Shown here: positions 29,169 through 35,590 of the stretch, piece after piece
How the letters are laid out: every line of letters starts with the position of its first letter
Numbering within the stretch: position 1 is the stretch's first letter
Origin: Bacteroidales bacterium
GTDB lineage: Bacteria > Bacteroidota > Bacteroidia > Bacteroidales > CAIWKO01
Length of the DNA stretch: 35,590 bases
Direction of reading: 5' to 3'
Assembly: GCA_035389045.1 (NCBI GenBank)
Contig: DAOORA010000046.1
Span: forward strand, 1-35,590
Program-made: the position numbers and the translations under genes
The notes under the pieces: model-generated
What the model was told of the DNA's origin: nothing
What the model saw: only the letters and a program-made list of their open reading frames with translations
Databases searched by the model: none

Positions 29169-29969
29169 ATGAATGAAATATTGTGCCCACAATGCCAGGC
29201 AGCATTAAAAGAAGGCGCCAGGTTTTGCCACGTTTGCGGATACAAAGTTCCGGAAGAGACTTCTGCGTCGGACTCTCAGCCCATGCAAGATTCATCACAG
29301 CCAGCGAAAGAAGAAGATATTAACATGCAGACTTTTACGGATGTGAAACCCGATGAAGTGGTTACTGCTCTTAAGAGCGGTAATATTTTTAAACGAGCGA
29401 TCAACATCATGTTGAAACCCAGGTCAGAATGGGATGTTGTTGTAAAGGAAACGCCCAGGGTGCCCATGCTGATCTTTGGTTATTCATTGATATTGTCACT
29501 CATCCCTGTCATTTCCCTGATATTGGGTTACGGACTTATAGGCCGTAAGATTACCGTTATCTGGGATAATAGTTTTGGTGCAGGCATTATCAACGCCTCA
29601 GTATTTTTAATCGCGGCATTCACGGCCATTATTGTTGGAGCCGTGATTATCAATGCGCTGGCTCCGGCATTCAAAGCCGAAAAAAACTTCGGAAGGGCGA
29701 TGCAACTTACTACCTATTCGTTTACCCCCTTCTTTTTTTCAGGAGCCTTGCTGATATTGCCTGTCTTGACTGTAGTTGCAGAACTGGCAGGACTTTATGG
29801 AATTTTTGTTTTATTGATGGGCTTGCCTGTGATGATGAAAACGCCTAAGAATAATCAGATCGGATATTTTTTTGCATCGGCCGGCATACTGTTCGGCATC
29901 TATTTTACTGTTAAGTGGACCTTCAGTCTGATTATCCATGGCATTTTTCTGACGATGGTTCGTTTTTAA
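29169..29969 (+). CDS. Zinc-ribbon plus Yip1-domain membrane protein
   Basis: CPQC...FCHVCG, then NIMLKPRSEWDVV, NALAPAF, YSFTP, GLPVMMKTP with about five TM helices. Confidence 0.8.
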   Translation: MNEILCPQCQAALKEGARFCHVCGYKVPEETSASDSQPMQDSSQPAKEEDINMQTFTDVKPDEVVTALKSGNIFKRAINIMLKPRSEWDVVVKETPRVPMLIFGYSLILSLIPVISLILGYGLIGRKITVIWDNSFGAGIINASVFLIAAFTAIIVGAVIINALAPAFKAEKNFGRAMQLTTYSFTPFFFSGALLILPVLTVVAELAGLYGIFVLLMGLPVMMKTPKNNQIGYFFASAGILFGIYFTVKWTFSLIIHGIFLTMVRF

Positions 29970-29987
29970 CAGAAGCCTGTATATTGT

Positions 29988-30452
29988 ATGTCTTTACCTG
30001 AAATTAATGAAATAGGTGATAAAGTAAAACACTGGCAGGTTGATGAAACCCGCTATTTAAGATCGCTACCGCTTAAGAATTATATCTTTTCCGCCATTGC
30101 CCTTTTGGGATTAATAACAGCATGCCTGCCCTGGGCGGATGTGACGGTTGGTTTTTATAACAAAGCGATGGCTATTGGGCTTCATTTCTTTAAAGGATGG
30201 CTGGTTTTTCTGACATACCTGGGCGTTTTTTGTATCATGTTATTTAATAAACACCTGAAAATTGCTCAGATATATGCCGAAAAGGCTCCCGTTTACGGCG
30301 CCCTGATTTCCTGTTCCCTGGTTCTGATCTTTATCCTATGGAACCTATTCAGGGTACGTTATGGCGTTTATCTGTGCTTTGCTGTTTCTCTGTTTTTTTT
30401 GTTTTCAGTCTGGCATTTCAATTATCGGAATAAGAGTAGAATCAGAAGTTAA
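29988..30452 (+). CDS. Hypothetical membrane protein (about 4 TM)
   Basis: 154-aa ORF, hydrophobic helices, LPW motif, co-oriented and closely spaced in the cluster. Confidence 0.65.
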   Translation: MSLPEINEIGDKVKHWQVDETRYLRSLPLKNYIFSAIALLGLITACLPWADVTVGFYNKAMAIGLHFFKGWLVFLTYLGVFCIMLFNKHLKIAQIYAEKAPVYGALISCSLVLIFILWNLFRVRYGVYLCFAVSLFFLFSVWHFNYRNKSRIRS

Positions 30453-30536
30453 CCGGTTAAACAGTATGATTAAAAAATATAAAAAAACACATATCATAAT
30501 TATTACATATTTTAAAAAATAAAATGGAGGATCATT

Positions 30537-31535
30537 ATGGCTTTTAATTTAAAAAACAGGAATTTTCTTAAGGAACTTGACTTCACACCGGAAGAGATGA
30601 AGTTTTTACTGAAACTGTCAGCCGATCTTAAAGCGGCAAAATATGCAGGTACGGAGCAACAACTGCTGAAAGGCAAAAATATCGTTCTGTTGTTTGAAAA
30701 AGATTCTACACGTACCCGTTGTGCTTTTGAAGTAGCTGCGCTGGATCAGGGCGCTCATGTCACCTACCTTGGTCCCAGCGGTTCGCAGATGGGTAAAAAA
30801 GAATCGATGAAGGACACTGCGCGTGTTTTGGGCAGAATGTACGATGGTATTGAATACCGCGGTTATGGTCAGAATATTGTTGAGGAATTAGCCAAATATG
30901 CCGGTGTTCCTGTATGGAACGGGCTTACGAACGAATTTCATCCGACTCAGATTCTGGCGGATTTCCTCACGATGATGGAACATTGCGATAAACCCTTACA
31001 TCAAATATCCTTTGCCTTTGTGGGCGATGCCAAAAACAATGTCGGCAACTCACTGATGGCGGGCGCTGCCAAAATGGGTATGGATTTCAGGGCAGGGGCG
31101 CCCAAATCGTGCCAGCCCGATAAAAAACTTGTTGAAGAGTGTCAGAAAATTGCTAAAGAAACCGGTGCAAAAATTACCATTACCGACGATCCCAAAGCGG
31201 CCGTTAAAGGAGTGGATTTTATCTACACCGATGTATGGGTTTCGATGGGTGAACCCGATCATGTGTGGGTTGAACGTATCAAATTATTAAAACCGTATCA
31301 GGTAAATTCCAAATTGATGAAGGCCACCGGTAATCCCAACACCAAATTTCTGCACTGTCTGCCAGCTTTCCATAACCGCGAAACCAAAATAGGAGAGGAG
31401 ATATTCCAGAAATACGGCCTCGATGGAATGGAAGTCACCGAAGATGTATTCGAGTCGAAACATTCTGTGGTGTTTGATGAGGCTGAAAACCGTCTCCATA
31501 CTATAAAGGCTGTGATGGTGGCCACACTCGCATAA
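30537..31535 (+). CDS. argF: Ornithine carbamoyltransferase, probably catabolic (ArcB type)
   Basis: [38 protein letters not shown]-terminus; near arcC; GGAGG at 30526-30530. Confidence 0.95.
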   Translation: MAFNLKNRNFLKELDFTPEEMKFLLKLSADLKAAKYAGTEQQLLKGKNIVLLFEKDSTRTRCAFEVAALDQGAHVTYLGPSGSQMGKKESMKDTARVLGRMYDGIEYRGYGQNIVEELAKYAGVPVWNGLTNEFHPTQILADFLTMMEHCDKPLHQISFAFVGDAKNNVGNSLMAGAAKMGMDFRAGAPKSCQPDKKLVEECQKIAKETGAKITITDDPKAAVKGVDFIYTDVWVSMGEPDHVWVERIKLLKPYQVNSKLMKATGNPNTKFLHCLPAFHNRETKIGEEIFQKYGLDGMEVTEDVFESKHSVVFDEAENRLHTIKAVMVATLA

Positions 31536-31685
31536 TGAAATTATTGCTGCAGGGCCATATTCGTTGATTATAAAACGGATATTTTTCCGGCCCCTGACAA
31601 GCAGTAAAGAAGAAGAGCAAGGGTGAGCATGAAAAAGGTACCTGTTTTTTGTTCAAAATGCTGTAACGAACAGTTTCTCCTGAGG

Positions 31686-32351
31686 ATGAGGAAACTGTTA
31701 AAATACTTTTTTTTGTTTCTGCTGGCCGTCTTTTTGTTTTGCAATGCGGTCATATATTTTAGTTCCGGTAAATACCTGAGCGGCGACATGGCAGCCATAC
31801 CGGCATGTTACGTTGCTCTGGTTCCCGGAGCCAGTGTTTACGCCAGCGGAAAACCGTCGCCAATACTTGCCGACCGGCTTGATAAAGCGCTTGAACTGTA
31901 TCAAGCCGGAAAGGTACAACGTTTTTTGCTAAGCGGCGACCATGGTACACGCACATACGACGAAGTGAACGGTATGAAAAGCTACCTGAACCAACAAGGT
32001 GTGCCCGACAGTGTGATCTTTACCGACCATGCAGGATTCGACACTTACAGTTCCATGTTTCGTGCACGTGAGATCTTTGGCGTCGACAGTGCGATCATTG
32101 TTACCCAGACATTTCACCTGCGAAGGGCGCTTTATATTGCCCGCAAACAAGGCATAATGGCTTATGGTTATAAATCGGATATGCAGAGATACCCGAGTCT
32201 GACCTATCTAAAGATCCGTGAAAGCCTGGCCAGTGTTAAGGCTTTTTTTGAAGTGCTTTTCCGGGTAAAGCCGCATTTTGAAGGTGAAAAGATTCCCATA
32301 AAAGGCAGCAGCAGGTTGAGTTATGACCGGGTGGCCTTAGAAAAAGGCTGA
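31686..32351 (+). CDS. sanA: SanA/YdcF (DUF218) family protein
   Basis: N-terminal TM, ALVPGA, LADRLD, LLSGDHG..YDEV, DHAGFDTYSS, VTQTFHLRRALYIA. Confidence 0.85.
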   Translation: MRKLLKYFFLFLLAVFLFCNAVIYFSSGKYLSGDMAAIPACYVALVPGASVYASGKPSPILADRLDKALELYQAGKVQRFLLSGDHGTRTYDEVNGMKSYLNQQGVPDSVIFTDHAGFDTYSSMFRAREIFGVDSAIIVTQTFHLRRALYIARKQGIMAYGYKSDMQRYPSLTYLKIRESLASVKAFFEVLFRVKPHFEGEKIPIKGSSRLSYDRVALEKG

Positions 32352-32356
32352 AATGA

Positions 32357-35026
32357 TCATTCAACCGATTGCATGTTTTTGTGATTCTGAATTAAGCGTT
32401 GAATGACGGCTTTTTTTTCTTCGGCTTCTGCCAGTTCTTGTTTTTTGTTGTTAATAGATGCCTGTAGCTGACCGGAATATTCCGAGGTATTCTTACCGTC
32501 GGCTTTTAATTGCTTCAGTTGTTGTTCATACTTGTTACGTTCTGAAGTGAGAAAACTGATCCTGGATTGAATATTAGCAAGGTCGTTGTCCAGGTTGATC
32601 CCCAGCCGTTCGTTGCAACGTTGCAACAAATCAACCAGGGCTTCTTCCCGGGCTTCGAGTTTATGAATGTGGTATGCCTTTTTTTCCTCCATAAGCCTAA
32701 GGTTATCGTACTCCTCTTTAGTTTTTTTATAAATATCTTTTTTGGTTTTTTTGTTCTGTTCGAGTTCGTCCAGCATTTTCTTCAATTCATTCATTTTATC
32801 TGCATTGGCATCCTGCCAGTTTATCAGGGTGCGTTCCGCTTTTGGTATCTCATAGCGCACAGCAAGCAGGTCCTCTTTGACCACATCGATGAGTTTGCTT
32901 GTTTCATCCGAATTTGCGAGATTGTAAATACTATTATTGTATATTTCATTAAGGTTTTCCTTGGTATCTTTATTTTTAAGATTCTCAATATATATTGAGT
33001 ATTCCTTATTGGCTCTTTTTACTTCGGAGGCGGTGAACTCGGTAGTTCTTAAATATTCATCGAAGTTTTCCAGAGGAACATCTTCTCCGCCAATATTGAT
33101 GATGACCGATCTCTTTTTTACCAGCATATTGTTTTGATAATCGTCGTACACTTCAATTTTCCATGCGAAATTTATTTTATCAGGATACAGTATACCGGTA
33201 TTTTCGTTATCCAGCAAAATGTAGTAATCATCCGTGATCGTCTTTTTGGGGCTTTTGTTGTTTGGAGTAGTAATCGGAATATTGATTTTAAGTTTGGTCT
33301 TTCCTGCTATACCCCGTTCTTTGGTTTCTAAACTATGAAGTTTACCAATAAGGTCATTCATATTTTCGGAAATATCTTTGCCGAAATTCAGTTCCTTATA
33401 AAAATACCAGTAGTCTGAAAAATTATAATTTTTTCTAAAACTTTCAACTTGTCCAACGAATGATTTTCCGGGCTTGCCGCCTCTTATTCCGGCGTGTTTG
33501 CCGCAATAGATGTAAGCCCAGTATACTTTATCGTCTTTCCATACATATATTTTGTATATGCCGTCCACCGTTCCATCATCGTTCAGGGGCATAATGCCCG
33601 CCTCATAGGGATAGCAGTAGAAACCCTGATTTATCATTCTTCCGTTCAGGGTATTCAGCCGGATATCATCTTTATTGGAATACCCTTGTTTTTCGCATCC
33701 CTCTTTCCACATGACCACACCTTCAAATTGCGAAAAAGGACGCAGATCATTGGGGATGATGGTAGGCATGTTTCTGCCCATGGTTCCATAAGGTATCATC
33801 AGGTAATCGATCAACCCTGATTTCGGATTTTTTTCTTGGTCCTTGTCATACTGGAATGCGCAATGCCAAACGGGATTCTTTTTGTCGCCCGGTTTCCAGA
33901 CAATGGAATAGGATTCATCCTCACCCGATTGGTTTTTGCCATTTCCCTGCACAACGGTGGTAGCATTGAGGTCTCTCCAGTAAATATCATTGAAATACCT
34001 GAAAAGTTCGTATTGACCCATTCTCAGCACTTTTTCATTGGGCTGATGTATGAAATCATATACATAGTTCTTATAATTGTCAATAAGTTTGTAGGGTATC
34101 TGATCTTCGGACAGCTTGTTCTGTTCAAGATATTTTTTGGTATTGTATCGCTGAAGGATACATTGCTGTACTTCTGGAGGCGTTTTTTTTGAGAACTGCC
34201 GTTTTGTGATGTCAAGGCTGTCACAATAACGCAAAAAGAAGGTTTCGAGCCATTCGTAGACCAGGTCAAAATTGTTTGCATCTTTCCATGAACCTGTTCC
34301 TTCGATTTGCGGAAAAATCAGGGTATCATACACAGTTTTTTTGCCGGATTTCTTTTTAATATAAAAACCTGCAAGGTCGCAGGATACTTTTCCCGAATCA
34401 ATGCCTAAGCGCGGAATGGTTGAATAGTAAGGTTTGTCTACGGCAACATTTTTGCCTATATTTTTATTATAGGTGGAATCAACCCGGAATTTATCTTCTG
34501 TAATTGAATAATGCCATATACATCCCAGCGAATATGGGTGGTGGTTGCTAAGCTGCTTGCTTGAAAGAAAATCTGTTTTATCGGCTGTATATCCCAAATT
34601 GACCAGCATGGACAGCATACTGTTCCCAAAAATAAGATAATCGAACGCAGTTGTAAATGATCTGATACCATAATTATCTTCATTATTGGGGCCTATGAAT
34701 CTGCCGTCAAAAATTCCCATGACATAATGGCTCCCATATTTGCCTGACATGAATTTGTTTCTTAATTTAAAGATCTCCTTCCATTCATCTATGGGCGGTT
34801 CTTTCTTTTCACCGGCTTGAACCGGATTCTTTTGATCCCCGTTGTCATTCTGACCTGCGAGATTTGCAGGGAGTGTCGTTAAAACAAAAAATAGCAGGCA
34901 ATATAAAGCAATGGTTCTGACGGATAAGGGTCGCCCCCTGCATTTGGTGTCAGGGTAAATACTTGACCGGCCCTTTTTATAAATCAGAAACGGATTCAAA
35001 AAGAAATTACTTTTAAATAAATACAA
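32357..35026 (-). CDS. Hypothetical exported protein with long C-terminal coiled coil
   Basis: 889-codon ORF; hydrophobic segment RTIALYCLLFFVLTTLPANLAG; heptad-like K/E/L-rich last ~200 aa; start uncertain (TTG). Confidence 0.75.
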   Translation of the reverse strand: MYLFKSNFFLNPFLIYKKGRSSIYPDTKCRGRPLSVRTIALYCLLFFVLTTLPANLAGQNDNGDQKNPVQAGEKKEPPIDEWKEIFKLRNKFMSGKYGSHYVMGIFDGRFIGPNNEDNYGIRSFTTAFDYLIFGNSMLSMLVNLGYTADKTDFLSSKQLSNHHPYSLGCIWHYSITEDKFRVDSTYNKNIGKNVAVDKPYYSTIPRLGIDSGKVSCDLAGFYIKKKSGKKTVYDTLIFPQIEGTGSWKDANNFDLVYEWLETFFLRYCDSLDITKRQFSKKTPPEVQQCILQRYNTKKYLEQNKLSEDQIPYKLIDNYKNYVYDFIHQPNEKVLRMGQYELFRYFNDIYWRDLNATTVVQGNGKNQSGEDESYSIVWKPGDKKNPVWHCAFQYDKDQEKNPKSGLIDYLMIPYGTMGRNMPTIIPNDLRPFSQFEGVVMWKEGCEKQGYSNKDDIRLNTLNGRMINQGFYCYPYEAGIMPLNDDGTVDGIYKIYVWKDDKVYWAYIYCGKHAGIRGGKPGKSFVGQVESFRKNYNFSDYWYFYKELNFGKDISENMNDLIGKLHSLETKERGIAGKTKLKINIPITTPNNKSPKKTITDDYYILLDNENTGILYPDKINFAWKIEVYDDYQNNMLVKKRSVIINIGGEDVPLENFDEYLRTTEFTASEVKRANKEYSIYIENLKNKDTKENLNEIYNNSIYNLANSDETSKLIDVVKEDLLAVRYEIPKAERTLINWQDANADKMNELKKMLDELEQNKKTKKDIYKKTKEEYDNLRLMEEKKAYHIHKLEAREEALVDLLQRCNERLGINLDNDLANIQSRISFLTSERNKYEQQLKQLKADGKNTSEYSGQLQASINNKKQELAEAEEKKAVIQRLIQNHKNMQSVE

Positions 35027-35590
35027 ATTCGGTACCCTTCAGCCCATATTTACCTGTTAATATTGAAATTACAAAATAATAAAACCATAAAAATAAAACC
35101 AGTCAACATAAATCCGACCCGTGTTTTTGGTTTTCCTCCATGAATTTATTAATTCAAATTTCCACAAACAATTTATACAAAATTATGAAAAAAAGGTTAC
35201 AATATCAATAGGATAAGGTTTTGCTTTCAGTGTGTTCTGATGAAATTTTTAAACTGAAGACCTGCAACACTTTGATATTACCAATAATGGCCATGGTATT
35301 TTAGCTCTTTATTCAATTTCTGCGAGCGTTTTTTAACGTGTACTGTTCAAAAGAATAAAACAAAACCTCTATATGGCTATTTTTCAACACTCTATGTTGT
35401 TTGTGTTTTTAACTACGAAGCGGCATACCGAGGGAACAAAGCCGCAGAGGAAAAATATTCTGACTTTGGGTCTTCGCATTTTTGCCCCGAAGGGGCTTCT
35501 GCGAAGCGAGAAAAACAACCAGTATTATGCGCAGAGTAAGAAATTGTTTTGATTTTATCTTTTCATATCTTTATGCGTCTTTTTTGCTGC

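Noticed and set aside
30537..31535. YgeW-type carbamoyltransferase of the purine cluster
   Set aside because: Length (332 aa) and the SMG and HCLP motifs fit canonical ornithine carbamoyltransferase
394..34683. The many short ORFs antisense to or nested in long genes (e.g. 721..1254, 6657..7001, 12924..13547, 32567..32998)
   Set aside because: Shadow frames of well-supported CDSs with no recognisable motifs

Overview
Chromosomal window from a Bacteroidota (probably Bacteroidales-like) genome: two T9SS C-terminal-domain proteins, Fib_succ_major lipoproteins and several TAnnTTTG -7 promoter boxes. Left to right: a densely self-complementary 150-bp non-coding stretch; a TMTC-like membrane/TPR protein; an AT-rich ~4.4-kb insert (PD-(D/E)xK restriction endonuclease, gamma-class N6-adenine methyltransferase, T9SS beta-propeller protein) with cassette-like ends; RhlE-type DEAD-box helicase; two tandem Fib_succ_major lipoproteins; a MITE; a wHTH-Fic pseudogene interrupted by a second MITE, with a symmetric operator array upstream; a FAD/Fe-S oxidoreductase; a small Cys-rich lipoprotein; two beta-barrel OMPs; an SPFH protein; a REP-like cluster; a PKD/T9SS protein; a third MITE; ygfK divergent from a MocA-like nucleotidyltransferase and a second TMTC-like protein; then usp, carbamate kinase, Yip1, a membrane protein, ornithine carbamoyltransferase and SanA; and an 889-aa secreted coiled-coil protein I cannot assign. 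I saw no rRNA, tRNA, CRISPR array, integrase, transposase or reverse transcriptase. All calls are from motif recognition by eye; nothing was searched or computed. No single novel system is demonstrated. The best leads are the cassette-like RM insert, the three related MITEs and the 5' structured element.
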